Shown here piece after piece: positions 24,375 through 37,264 of a DNA stretch of 64,000 bases (its first letter is position 1; each line of letters begins with the position of its first letter). Below the pieces are notes generated by a model. It was not told the origin of the DNA. It saw only the letters and a list, made by a program, of their open reading frames with translations, and did not search any database. A program made the position numbers and the translations under genes. This DNA is from Mobula hypostoma (taxonomy: Eukaryota), in contig NC_086097.1 of assembly GCF_963921235.1 (NCBI RefSeq), forward strand, positions 130,388,001-130,452,000. The letters are read 5' to 3'.

Positions 24375-24640
24375 AGCCAATCTGCACACAACAACTCCTA
24401 TGACAGTGATATGATAATGACCAGATAGTTCTTTTTAATTTAATGTTGATTTAGGGATAAATATAGGACAGGCAACCAGGAACCCTGCTTCTCATCAATA
24501 TGTTTCAACAATGCAGAACTCTCTCTGCATGACAGCAGGCTGTAAGCTTTGATTTTTTTTTTCCCACTTAAGGGTCTAATCGTGAGATTTGAACATGCAG
24601 CCTTCTGATTCTGAGACCAGGATGCTTTCCACTGAAAACC
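24375..24640 (-). mobile_element. Decayed Deu-domain SINE
   Basis: ATCTGCACACAACAACTCC..GATATAATGACCAGATA..AGGGATAAATAT..; tRNA-like head inverse GATTTGAACATGCAGCCTTCTGATTCTGAG. Confidence 0.6.
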
Positions 24641-25329
24641 TGCAGCCATCAAGCTGCAGAAAATACCACTTAAGAGGGGGCATTGATCTGTGCAGCAGAT
24701 AGGACTCACTTCTGTGTGGTTCTGCTGGGTTCTTTCTATTCCTATAGACACCTAGTAGGAGCTATGAAGCACAAAGAAACTACAAACAATTTCTGTTGAT
24801 AGACAGAAATCACAGGAAACAGACTGAATTTGCAAGTTTGGATAAGCTGTGTGCTGTAATTGCATAGCACAGCAGGCACAAAAAGATTTTAAAAACTGAG
24901 CTACCGAATAAAAATCAGAAGAGAAAGGGAACTGATGGCAAAGGATAGTGATATTGCTCTACTCCCAGCATTGCTCCAGAACATCACAGCTCTCTCTCGT
25001 TCAGAACTAAATTGGCAGGTAAGGAAGTAAAAACACAGGAAAAGCAGAAACCTTTCAGATGGTTATGGAAGCTGAGAAAAATGTTGGAAATGCATCTAAA
25101 GTTAAAGGCCAAAAAGAGTCATAATTATTTAGCAAATATTGGAAAGGGGAATGTAAAGTTGCGAAGGAACAGAAAAGACATTTTCTGAAGATGCTGGCAA
25201 CTAGTAAATTAGTTCTTTAAAGGATTGGGAGAGATGATATGAGAAGAAGGTATTTTTCCACTTTATGTGCCCTGCATACAAGAAATACTAACTTGTTCTC
25301 TTTAAATGGGTTTCTGATTCAAATGCACA

Positions 25330-25442
25330 CATAGAACATAGAAGAGTACAGCACAGTATGGGTCCTTCAGCCTATGATGTTGTGCTGACCTATAATCCAT
25401 CTAATCCATCCCCACTATACAGCCCATAACCCTCCATTTTCA
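25330..25442 (-). mobile_element. CR1/HE1 3' terminal fragment
   Basis: CATAGAACATAGAAGAGTACAGCACAG..GGTCCTTCAGCC is the reverse-strand CR1 3' end. Confidence 0.75.
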
Positions 25443-25689
25443 CTGGGAAGAGAGGAGGCCTCCCCAGGTGAAATGCACTTCTTTACTTTTTTTCCACCAT
25501 CCTTGTCAACTTTCTATTTTGCAACATAATGCAGGTTGGGAGAGGTTTTGACACACTTGGACTTCATGCACAAGTGTGTTAATATATGTCTTTACTGCAC
25601 ACCTCGGTCCTCCTTTTGTTGTTCTGATTCTGGGCACAGAAATTTTGGATCTTGCAAAACAGTCACAAAACCAACAACCTTTTCACATG

Positions 25690-26266
25690 GTCTCCACAAC
25701 AGACAGGATCTCCCAGTTGCCACCCACCTCAACTCTGCTTCACATTCCCATTCGGATATGTCCATACATGGCCTCCTCTACTGCCATGATGAGGCTAAAC
25801 TCAGGTTGGAGGAGCAACACCTTATATACTGTCTAGGTAGTCTCCAGCCCCTTGGTATGAACTTCTGGTAATTCCCTCCCCCTCCCTTCCCCTATCCCTA
25901 TGTCACTCTGCCCCCTCCCCCAGCTGCCTATCACCTCCCTCATGGTTCTGCCTCCTTCTACTACTCATTGTGTTTTCCCCTATTCCTTCTTCACCTTTCC
26001 TGCCTATCACCTTCCTGCATCCCCCCCCCCCACCCCTTTATCTTTCCCCTTACTGGTTTTTCACCTGGAACCTACCAGCCTTCTCCTTCCCACCCTCCTT
26101 CACCTTCTTCATAGGGCCTCTACCCCTTCCCTCTACAGTCCTGACGAAGGGTTCTGGCCCGAAACGTTGACTGATCGTTTCCATGGATGCTGCCTGACCT
26201 GCTGAGTTCCTCCAGCTTGTTGTGAGTGTTGCTTTGACCCCAGCATCTGCAGAATATTTTGTGTTT
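25690..26266 (+). mobile_element. Penelope-like element 3' end (GIY-YIG C-terminus and 3' UTR)
   Basis: QDLPVATHLNSASHSHSDMSIHGLLYCHDEAKLRLEEQHLIYCLGSLQPLGMN, followed by a pyrimidine tract and the hammerhead motif. Confidence 0.95.
26136..26173 (+). ncRNA. Minimal type-I hammerhead ribozyme motif (Penelope-associated)
   Basis: CAGTC-CTGACGA-A-GGGT-TCTG-GCCC-GAAA-C-GTT-GACTG. Core, stem I and stem II (GGGU/GCCC) are intact. Confidence 0.8.
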
Positions 26267-26704
26267 ACTTTCCACATGGTGCTCAGCAGAGGTTCACCCA
26301 TGACGAAGGTGAAGGAAGAACTGAGGAAGAGCATTAGTACATAGAGAGCTGAGAGAAGTAGAAAGCAGCGTCCCTCTATTAAGTGGAGAACCTCAAACAA
26401 TTTCAGACAAGAGCAATGGGATCTATGACAGTACCCTATAAAATCCTGACAGGTGAAAAATACCAGTCTGATTGGCAGAGAATAGGGATGAAATTTATCT
26501 TTACTAACTGGAAGTAAAAGGGATCAAAAATCTAATTTGACTATAGCTTAATAGTCAGATACAGCAAAGTAAAAGTGAAATATCTCAAAAGGTAGAATAA
26601 AACCGTGTGCATGCATTTGCACAGAATTCTTCTTCAATTGCTATTTGAAAGTCTAAAACAAAACTGCAGATGTGAGAAATGCGAAATAAAAACCAAAAAT
26701 GCAG

Positions 26705-26850
26705 GAGATACTTAGAATCCTACATGCCTTTGGGGTGTGTGAGGGAAATTGGTCACAAGGAGAAGATGTAAACTCTACACAGGTAGCACCCGAGGTCAAT
26801 TTTGAAGATCACTGGTACCACGAGGCAGTGGCTCTGCTAGCTGTGCCTCC
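26705..26850 (-). mobile_element. HE1-like SINE 5' fragment
   Basis: AAACTCTACACAGGTAGCACCCGAGGTCA..GAGGCAGTGGCTCTGCTAGCTGTGCC is the reverse of the SINE head. Confidence 0.7.
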
Positions 26851-27189
26851 CAAATTGGCATTGATTGTGGCACTGCACTGCCAACATTTTAAAGGGCCAA
26901 TACAGGCCCAAAGGAGCCAAGGGCACTTGGGTTTGGTACTAGATTTCTGCTCCTGGCTACATCCAGCAAGGGAAGTGGAACATTTGGGAGTGAGAAATAG
27001 ACGCAAGATATCTTCCTGAAACTAGGTGACGGAAGACAGAGTCCCCCCCCCCCACCCCCACCACTAGTGAGGTTAACCGTGTTTCTTGGCAGACCACACA
27101 CTTGCTTATGGAAAACAGGTTTTGGATCACTGAAGATAAGCTGACACTACATTCGTATTCACAACCTTGCGTTCAATATTGCTGAAGAA

Positions 27190-27825
27190 AATAGTCATAG
27201 TCATACTTTATTGATCCCGGGGGAAATTGGTTTTCATTACGGTTGCACCATAAATAATAAATAGTAATAGAACCATAAATAGTTAAATAGTAATATGTAA
27301 ATTATGCCAGTAAATTATGAAATAAGTCCAGTACCAGCCTATTGGCTCAGGGTGTCTGACCCTCCAAGGGAGGAGTTGTAAAGTTTGATGGCCACAGGCA
27401 GGAATGACTTCCTATGACGCTCTGTGTTGCATCTCGGTGGAATGAGTCTCTGGCTGAACGTACTCCTGTGCCCACCCAGTACATTATGTAGTGGATGGGA
27501 GACATTGACCAAGATGGCATGCAACTTGGACAGCATCCTCTTTTCAGACACCATCATCAGAGAGTCCAGTTCCATCCCCACAACATCACTGGCCTTACGA
27601 ATGAGTTTGTTGATTCTGTTGGATTTTTATTGAAGATAAATGTACTATTATTATTATTCAAGGTGAAATATAAGGTTTGACCTTTGGTTCCTTATTCTAA
27701 CGGTTACAGTCCACATGTGCTCAATGGTGGAGAGGGCTTTGCCTGTGATGGACTGGGCTGTGTCCACCACTTCCTGCAGGCTTTTCTGTTCTTAGGCTTT
27801 GGTGTTTCCATACCAGGCTGTGACA
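27190..27825 (-). mobile_element. Rex1/Babar LINE 3' fragments (well preserved 27190-27622; older ~27700-27825)
   Basis: VGMELDSLMMVSEKRMLSKLHAILVNVSHPLHNVL..STFSQRLIPPRCNTERHRKSFLPVAIKLYNSS; 3' terminus (ATGACT)n after AATAAA. Confidence 0.9.
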
Positions 27826-29116
27826 CATGAGGGAGAAATGAGTACAATATTATCGTGAAATGAAGTCAGGTAGAAGGAACCTTGTGCATCAGGACTAGCA
27901 TGCCACAGTGGGCCAAATGGTCTCTTTCATTTGCAAATACTGTCTATTCTGTGATGTGCCCATAATTGCTCTCCTGGTGGCAACTCAGAATGATTAATGG
28001 CCTAAAAAGAGGCTATGCAAATGTTGCTGAAGACTGAAAGAAAATAAGCAACTGACAAACTCTTCATTTCAATAAAAAAATCCCTTTCTTCAACAATATT
28101 GAGCAATCAACACATGGATTTTATGTTATGGTAGTTTGCCCTCCGTGATTCTGAATCTGTTTTTCATAAGCAAGCACATCCCCTGCCAAGAGGTACAGTC
28201 AACCTTACAGGTGATGGGGAGACACTGCTTCCTCTCAGTCAGTCTCAGAAATAGTGTCCGCCACATAATTTTCTCCATTCAGACTTTTGAGTAGTGAACT
28301 GCCAAGGGGAAATAACTTCTCTGTAATGGGAGTCTGGCAAATGTGGAACTGCTGCACACAAGATGAGATCTTCAAGTAGTTTAAGATCCGTGAAAAATAT
28401 TCAAGCAGTTTTTATTCTTCTCAGAAGTGCCTGATTATATTTTAACCTTCACTTTAATGTCAACAGAGTATAAATTGTGCAGTAATGTGTGGAGCTCGAA
28501 CCGGGTATAATATCTGATGGTTTACTGTTGCCTCACAGGAGCCACTGTGAAAAGTAGTGCTTTCAAAGACTGCCCGAAAGATTTAAGCTGCGAAAAAGAG
28601 GGAGCTGAGCCAAGAGCAGCAAACAGCATGGCTTCCCCCATCCTGCCCAGCTACACACTGTACACTGCTGACATCCTTCCTTAGGGATCACATTTCACTG
28701 CTGTAACAAGTTTCATCTGGAGTCTGATTAAACTGAGAAACAGCTTAAAAATGGAGTCAGCAGTCCAGCAAGGTTTTGTTTTATTAGTATCTGCTTAAGA
28801 AAGAGACAAAGGATTTTTTTATATATAAAAGTTTGACACAGCTTCAATGTTTTACAGCTTGATGAAGTGTTTTTAGGAGTGTGCTCATCAGTCATCACTG
28901 TTGCTTTGTAGCAAGTAAAGCAGGCACGGCAAGATCTCAGACACTTGAGAAGATGGATACCATCCAGGACGACACAGTGCTGCCCAAATATTCTCTGCTT
29001 CACTGGGGCATTGTCAGAAAAGGGTGCTAGCTTTATTTTGACACTGTAGGCTGACACTACATTGCCAGAGCAGCCAGGGTGAGTGTCTGCAGGTTACTTT
29101 GCAGATGGCACACATC

Positions 29117-29162
29117 CAGTTCTCGATGAGCGTGTGCTACAGTTCTCGATGAGCGTGTGCTA
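29117..29162. repeat. Perfect 23-bp direct tandem duplication
   Basis: CAGTTCTCGATGAGCGTGTGCTA x2. Confidence 0.95.
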
Positions 29163-29199
29163 TTTTGTAGAGAGCACATAACGTTGAGAAATTAGTGTG

Positions 29200-29510
29200 T
29201 GCCAGTCTATTCCAACATCTCCTCCAAATCTCATGACTCTAGCTGACTAGACATCAGGCTGCACAGGAACACCACCAGGTGCAAATTCTCTTCCAAGTCC
29301 ACTGTGACTTGGAAATTGCCATTGCCCCTTCATTGCAGGGACAAAATCCTGAAACTCCCTATTCCACAGCATCACGGGAACGCCTTCACTGAAAGGACTA
29401 CAGCAGTGCAAGAAGAAAGCTTGCCTCCAAGCACTTACTGCCCATGAGAAGGGCAGTTAGGGAAGGGCAACAAATGATTGACTTTCTAGCAATGTCTACA
29501 TCCTGTCCAT
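29200..29510 (+). mobile_element. Ancient LINE 3' end (related copies at ~35770-35960, ~42290-42495, ~47240-47460)
   Basis: Shared motif GGACT(G/A)CAG..CAAGAAG..GGGCAATAAAT..GCCAGC.ATG across the copies. Confidence 0.6.
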
Positions 29511-31182
29511 ATGTAAGATAAATAATAGATTTAGTCTACTTGTTTTGATTTTGGTAACAAAGAGCTTAAATCAAAATAATACTCTGAAGTACTTTAGTTA
29601 ATAAAATAGCAAATATTTTGCAGCTGAAAGATTCCTTTAAAAATGAATGAGGCAGGCATCTCTTCTGGAGCTAAGCGCAGTTATATCTGAACAGTTTTTC
29701 AGGAGGACATATCTATGGGCTTTGCTTAATAATGTTTACTTTGTGAGTGATCTGTGTACTATGCTTTCATAAGAAAAATCCTCTTTATTTTCCTTTCTTT
29801 GGGTCAAGGATTCATATTTTAAACTCTAGACTGTCCAAATGTGATTTTCAATCTGGCAACAAGATTGGGAGCCTCTGATGCATTTGGAGTATTTTCTGAC
29901 TTGTATAATCAGCATGCAAAAATGGTTTCTCTCTGATCATTCTGCACACGTGTCAACTGAATGGTTGCTTTACTTGAGAGCCTCTTAGAGCCAAAATGCA
30001 CTTTGGGATTCAAACACTGCTATCAAATAACGTCAAACATCTCCCTACTAGCCTTGATTGCTTGCATTCACTTGTATCAGACACCACCAGACAGCAGTCT
30101 GTTAATCACTGCAACCAGTTTTTTTTTGTTTCTTAGGAATTTCTAGACTTTTTTTCTTTCGGGTTTGCTCTTTTCCGGAACCTACTTCCTGCTGCATCTA
30201 AAATAACACCAGCTGCAGGGCTTTGATTGTAAAGAATCCCATGGTAAATATACCATGAGAGGGACTGGGAAAGTATTGCTTATTATTAAACTGATAACAT
30301 TTGTCATATCAAACTCGCATTATCAGAAAGATAATTTTAAATACAATCAGTGACACATGAAGTGAAAGAAAACAGCCAGAGATACCATTTTTAAACTCAA
30401 ATTATAGATACATTTCATAGCTGTTTTTTCATAAGCAATATGAAAGTAGCTCAACTTTCCGTGTATGGGATTTTCGGTGATGAGTGAGAAAAGGGGTGAG
30501 CAAATGGTCCCCATCAAACCTGGATTAAGTCAAAGGAATGGATTTCTTCAATCAGCTCAATAGTAGGATGCAAAATCTAGCCAGATCTCAGATGTCCATT
30601 GGATCACACAGGGATAATGAGGAAATAATAGTCTACATAAGTTGTTGAAGTTATGGACTCGTCATGCGACAAAACCAGTAAAATGTTAGTGCCATCTTTA
30701 TTTTTAACTATTAACCAGCTGGGTAGAATTGCGACACAAGAGACTACAGATGCTGGAATCTGGAGTGGAAGGTAGAAATGCTCTATGCTGATTATCATGG
30801 GACGAAGAAGGGAGAAGGAAGAAGATGGAGTTTTACCCCTAACATCCCTTTATCCAGAAGCTTTATTTGGCTATTAAGAGGTGATTTTTTTTTCCCAGTT
30901 GAATTGGTCCACCTTTTTATTCATTCCAGATCTCTCCTGAGTGAGGTATATGTGATAGAGTCTGCAGGTAGTCCTCAAGTTCTGAAATTTGTGGCTGTTG
31001 GGATCAGTAGAACTGAATTTTGCAAGTGGAGTATATTTGTGACCATTTCACATACAATATATAAAGTTTATAAGGGAGCACAATTTTTTACTCATAGTTC
31101 TTAATTTCAATAAAATGACAGTTCCCTATTTGAATAAACAATCAATGATTGTGGTCTTTTTGAATCAACCCGTTCCTCTGAG

Positions 31183-31515
31183 GTGGCACAGTAGTGCAGC
31201 TAGTAGAGTACTGCAACATAGTGCCATAGAATGGGTTGAATCCTGACATCACCTGCTGTGTGGAGCTTGCAAGTTCTCCCTGTGACCATGTGGGATTACT
31301 CTGGCTCTTCTATTTTCCTTTCATTTTCAAAGACATGTGGATTGGCCACGGTTAATTGCCCTGAGTGTGTCGATTAATGGGGAATCTACAGGGAACTGAT
31401 GAGAATGTGGGTGCATAAAACTGGGATTAATATAGGTTAGTGCAAATGTTGATGGTTGGCATGGACTCAGTGAGTAGAAAGACCTGTTTCTATACTGCAT
31501 CTCTCTATGACTCTG
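31183..31515 (+). mobile_element. Near full-length HE1-like SINE
   Basis: GGCACAGTAGTGCAGCTAGTAGAG head, GGGTTGAATCCTGAC B-box-like, core GTGGAGCTTGCAAGTTCTCCCTGTGACC, CR1-like tail ending CTCTATGACTCT. Confidence 0.85.
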
Positions 31516-31734
31516 TTCACTCTTCAGTATATTCAGGTTATTGTCTGCACAAAATGGATAAAGTGGGTTTCAGTGGTTAAACAAGGAAAGTATGGGATAT
31601 AACATTGCTTCCCCAGTTCTGGCAATTTTACTTCACCTCCCTGTGGTTTCCCTTTCAAATTATGAATCTCATCTCAAGCATTCTGACCTCCTTTCTTGTG
31701 AAAAGGAAGGGAAACACAACACATCTGAGGAACT

Positions 31735-33155
31735 GGTAATGGGGCAGGCAGGTAATGTAGTACACCTGGATTTTAGTAAAGTCTTTGATGAAGTCTCACA
31801 TGGCAGACTGGTCAGAAAACTTAAAGCTCTTGCTATCTAATGAATAGTGGCAAGCTGAAGCCAAATGTTGGCAGAGAGTCAGAAAGCAAAAGATATATAG
31901 TCTTTTAACTGGAAGTTGCTTTCAGTGAAGTTTTGTGAGGCTCAGTATTAGGTTCCTTGCATGTGGTTTCTATCAATTAATACAGGGAACATAATTAAGT
32001 TCTTTGCAAATGATGCCAAACTTGGGCATGCAGGGATGAAGATGAAAAGCTATAGACTGTATGAATGTAATAATGGATAGATTTGGTAGGAAATGGAATT
32101 CAATCCAGAACGGTGCACTGAATGGTGAAGTGGAACACAGCAACATCTGGTAGAGCTGTATCTGATGGCACCGATGATCTGGGCTCAGTCCTGACCTCCT
32201 GTGCTATCCTTGTGGAGTCTGCATGTCTTCTTTGACTACATGGGTTCCATTGGGGTAGGAAGTTCCAGGTTCCTCCCATATCCCAGAGATATGCAGATTG
32301 GAAGGTTAACTGACCTGCATAAATAGCTCCCAATGTACAGTGAATGGTAGAACCTGGGCAGAGTTGATGAACATATAGGGAGAATTTTAAAAATGACATA
32401 AGCATAGGGTTAAGTGGAAATGGGTGGCTGATGGTCAGTGCAAACTTGGTAGCGTGAAGGCCCAGTTTCTTTTTTATCATTGGGAGAACAAAGAAGACAC
32501 AGACATAAACAAAAAGTTGGAGGACAATGGGAAGTTTAGAGTAACAGAGGGCAGTCGAAGCACATGGAGATAGCAGGAGAGATGGGTAAGGAATATGGGA
32601 AATGTTTTTTTTTGCCAGAGAATATGAGGGTAGGGAACAAAACATTGCTGGAGCACTGTGTACAGTTCTGCTCACATTACAGTTGAGATGTGGTCTATTC
32701 GGCAACAGAATGGGGAAAATTTACGGGTATGAGGTGAGGAGTGGAGATATTGAGCTACAAGTAAAGACTGGATAGGTTGACATTATTTTCTCTGGAACAG
32801 AAGGGGAGGGAATTAAACTGGCTCCTACAAAATTAAGAAAAGGACAGAGCATGGGTAGGAATAACCTTTTTCTTTGTGCAGAGAAGTCAATCGCCATAAG
32901 TAACTGGTAGAAGGAATAAAGAAGCATTGAGTGAAAATACTTTCATTCAGTAGGTGATTGGGGCACTTGGAACTCATGCCCCAAAGACTAACAGATACAT
33001 ACTGTCATCATATTAATACTGTGCTTAGACGAACACTTGGATTGTTGTAGCATGCAAGGCTACAGACCAAGAGCTGGAAAGCAGAATTAACCTGAGGATC
33101 ACTTCTTCTGTGACCAAGTGACAGTGGGCTGAAAGGTGTCCTCTGGAGCCATATG
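31735..33155 (+). mobile_element. Old CR1 LINE (RT to 3' end) interrupted by an HE1-like SINE at ~32130-32470
   Basis: VVHLDFSKVFDEVSHGRLVRKLKA; MEFNPE at the break point; LEHCVQF after it. Confidence 0.8.
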
Positions 33156-33524
33156 TTTCAATACCTGCTGAGATTTTGTTTTAATCCAACAATCAATACT
33201 TTTCAACATTTGCTTCTTTCTTGATTCTATATTTATCTATCAATAGGTTTTGAATATTGGGATATTGGACAAGGCTAGCCACTAAGTCTATCATTTGAGA
33301 AAAGTCAAATTAAAAAGGCCACCTGAAGATCCTTGGGCAAATGATTACAATTTGATGGTAATGTATCATATTCAAGCTAATGGTCTTAGTATCTTCTGAC
33401 AAGCTTATCCTCTATAGTCAAAATATATTGTCAAACAAAGTTAATTGAAATAAAGAGAGAAGGAATGAAGGCATTTAATTGTCACTGTTTATAAAAATTA
33501 AAGAGTTGCACAGATGATTTCAAG

Positions 33525-33750
33525 AAAATCTGTGGAATGCACTGCCTCAGAGGGCAGTGCAGGCCAATTCTCTGGATGCTTTCAAGGAAGAGTTAGGTAG
33601 AGCTCTTAATGATAGCGAAGTCAAGGGACATGAGGAGAAGGCAGTAACGGGGTACTGATTGTGGATGATCAGCCATGATCACAGTGAATGGCGGTGCTGG
33701 CTTGAAGGGCTGAATGGCCTACTCCTGCACCTATTGGCTATTGTCTAAAA
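33525..33750 (+). mobile_element. CR1 LINE 3' end
   Basis: LWNALPQRAVQANSLDAFKEELGRAL; tail GAAGGGCTGAATGGCCTACTCCTGCACCTATTG. Confidence 0.9.
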
Positions 33751-34129
33751 TAATGCTGTCTTGTATAAGCTACAAAAATGCTAAATGACTGCATGTGGTA
33801 AATGTAAAGACATCTGACCCCTGGAGGAACTGCTGAGCTCAATGGAGAAACACTCCATTCCTATTCAGATCTTCAGTTATGACTGTTTAATAAAAATATT
33901 TCTCAATAAATAGATTTGCATTTAGTTTGCAGCAAATAGTATCCCTTGGAAATGTTTGTACATACAGTTATCGATTACAAGAGTAGATACTATCGTAGGT
34001 CTAACAAATGGTTGATATTATGAACACAAGGTCTATAAACTTGCAGTGAATGAACTGTTCATTTTTTATATGTGAAGGAGCAGAATGGCTCATTAACCCA
34101 GGTTCACGACACTCAAGTATAGAAGAAGG

Positions 34130-34880
34130 AATATAGAACAGCAGAGCACAGGAATAGGCACTTCAGGCTTCGATCTATGTGCCAACCATGATGCCATTAC
34201 AAACTGATCCACGTACATGCACTTCATCCATATGATTGCATTCCCCACCCATTCGTGCTCCTGTCTAAATTTTTCTTAAATTTTGCTATTGTATCTACTT
34301 TCACCTCTACCCATGGAAACACTTTCCGAGTACTTCCCACTCCATGTGAAAAGTTTGTCACACACCCCTTTTCCACTTTCTCCTTCTCACCTTAGAGTTA
34401 TATCCTCAAATATTTAATAATTCCTCCCAGGGAAAAAAAGATTCTCACTATCTATCCATGCCTCTCATGAATTTATGAACTTCTATCAGGGACCCCCTCA
34501 GCCTCTGATATACCAGAGAAAAACAATCCAAGATTGTCCTGCCCCTCCTTATAGCACATATCCCACTAGTCCAGGCAGTATCTTGGTGAACCTCTGCAAC
34601 TTCTCCCAACACCTCTACATTCTTCTTGTAATGCAGCAACCAGAAATACACACAATACTCTAAATGTGGCCTAACCAAGGTTCTACATAAATGCAACATG
34701 ACTTCCTGATTTTTACACCCAATACCCCAATGAATGAAGAATGCTGTATGCCTTCTTTACCAGCCTATCTCCACTTTCAGGGAGCTAAGGACCTGCACCC
34801 CCAAATCCCCCTTTACATCAGAGTTCCCAAGGGTCCTGCCATTTACTGTATACTTTACTCCTGCATTTAAACACCTCACC
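34130..34880 (-). mobile_element. CR1 LINE 3' fragment
   Basis: MLHLCRTLVRPHLEYCVYFW..RLRGSLIEVHKFMRGMDR. Confidence 0.9.
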
Positions 34881-36024
34881 ATAGTTCAATGTGTAGAGAT
34901 GTTTCACGGGATCCATGAAATAATATGGTCAACAATAATATCTTCCTCTGTCTGATTCACTTAGACAAGATGAGATGGATTTAAGCTGGTTTGATGCCAT
35001 CTGTATGACTGTGCTTCAATCACATAATGAGGCAGAGTAGTGGTGAGTTGATATTGCACTGTTCTCTCTGAGCCAGTACAGTGGAAGTGAGGGAAATAAC
35101 CCTGGTTTAATACTAAAAACATGAGCGAGACTTAACAGGTACAGTACTTCATACTAAATAGAATGAACAGATTTTGCTATGAGAAACGGGCACACCCATC
35201 ACAGATATCCTTGAGGAAATACCTTAAAAGCATTATTAAAATATACTTTCCAGGCAGCACTGTATAGCATTACAATGTGGACTAATCCATTTGAATAGGA
35301 CTCAAAAAATTTGACAACCAGTCTTACAGCTGAGTCTGGAAAATTGGTTAAATCTTGGGGAGAGGAACCATCTTCTATGAATAGTGTATTTAAGAACTAT
35401 CCACAGACAAATGTGAAGCTGGTTCAGCACAGCAGAGAAATAGCTCCCCTGGTAAAGTCTGAGAGCTGTGTTAACGTACCAGCCTCAGTTACATATTCAA
35501 CTTGGGGATAGCATTTGAATTCACACCTTTTGAACACAACAGTATTAACAGGGTGAAAACAAAAACGTAAGAACTGAAGTTCACTATAATTTGTTACAAT
35601 GCTCAATTAAAAGAAAGTGCATTAATTCTAATAATAGATAGTAAGGTTATTATTACTTGCTTGGTGTTTCATCAATCCATGCACACAAAATTAAACTCAC
35701 CCTGGAAATAGGGAACTTTAAAATCAGCTGATTAAATACATCTGGAATTAAAAAGTATGCATTCACGAAATTATTGCATTGTTTTTAAGACTTTTCTAGT
35801 TCACCGATACCCTTCAGCAAAGGTAATTTGCTAACTAATATGTGACTCCAGACCCACACCATTGTCCTCTGGAATGGTCCAGCAACCCACTTGGCTCAAG
35901 GATAATTAGGAATGGCCAATAAATATTGTCTTTGCTAGTGATGTTCCAATTCTGTGAAGACATTTGTTAAACAAGTTTTAAATTATAACATTTGATTTTT
36001 ATCCTTATTTACAGTGAGTGAAGA

Positions 36025-36340
36025 TATTCAGTCCATCCCACCCTTGCTAGCTTCAAGCAGAGAAATCTCATCTCTTCCTTTCCCCCTCTCCTTATTTCTC
36101 TGAAGCCCCATGATTTATTCTTACTCACATGCGCATCGACTCTCCTCTCTTTCTTTTGCTAGCGTTTACACTAAGGACAATTTTCAGAAGCCATTTAACC
36201 TAAAAACATATCATAGGGTTGTGGGAGGAAACCGGAGCCCCTGTCAGAGACTTAGGAGCAAGACTGTGCAAACTCCACATACACAGCACCGGAGGTCAGG
36301 ATCAAACCCAGATCCCTGAAGCTGTGGGACAGCAGCTGTT
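36025..36340 (-). mobile_element. HE1-like SINE
   Basis: GTGGGAGGAAACCGGAGC..TGCAAACTCCACATACACAGCACCGGAGGTCAGGATCAAACCCAG. Confidence 0.8.
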
Positions 36341-37264
36341 ACTTTGGGTAGTACTTAGAGTGGACAGTAATGAAAAATAGTCTAATCCAAAGACTGGAGA
36401 GAAAAAAAATCGGCAGATTCTAGAATCTGGAGCAACAAAGAATCTGATGAAGCTCAAGTAGCATCTGTGGGAGGAAACAGATACCGCCTGCCCAGATGGG
36501 TATTTCCAATAGCTTTCTGCTCTTATCTCAGATTTCCAGCTTTTTCACTATTTTGGTGTCACAGTCTTTGATTTACCCTACTTTACAGGTTTAAAGAGCT
36601 TTAAAAAGAAACACAGCTGCTGTAGAAAGATGAGGACAGCCTTGTTGAGAAGATAAGTTCCCCTACAGAGCTGTTTTTGGGCAAAGGGTGCAGCCACAGA
36701 AGTCCCCAAACTACATATCCACCATCACAAATGATTGTAATATCAGGGATTTGTCTCCGAGTTTGAGAATCAGAGCAACTAGTTTTTGCAGTCAGATGGC
36801 AAGTTGATTTCTGGATAGGAAACTGTTCCAGAAAGAATATACGCTGTGTGGAGATGAAATTTCACATGCCTTGGAAAATTACATCCACTCTGTATAACCC
36901 ACTGACTAAAACTAAGCCACTTCCCAAGGGGTTGCTGTCTCTTAGCAGCTTGCTGATACAGTGCTTGCTCATACTACCATTTCTACACACACGTGCCTTT
37001 GTGGCTCATTCCGTAACAGGGCACTTTGCAAAATATGTAATTTATTTTCTTTTTAGTTTTACAACATGGGTGGTCTGAAGTTTGTGTTTAAAACATCCAC
37101 AGTGGTTCCGAACATGTTGCCTGCAGCTGTGAGATCTGAAAATAGCAGAGAGACCAACAATACAAACTACTGGATCAGACAATTAGCATTGTACTTGGTA
37201 ACTTGCAATCATCTGCTGATTTAAATAATCCAAAGATATACTAATATTAAATCATTTTTAATTA

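Noticed and set aside
9030..29000. V(D)J recombination signals or Ig/TCR segments, prompted by the lymphoid-type motif cluster
   Set aside because: The CACAGTG heptamers checked (16701, ~18072, ~28973) and the ACAAAAACT nonamer (9055) are not paired at 12/23 spacing. No V or C domain peptides were seen.
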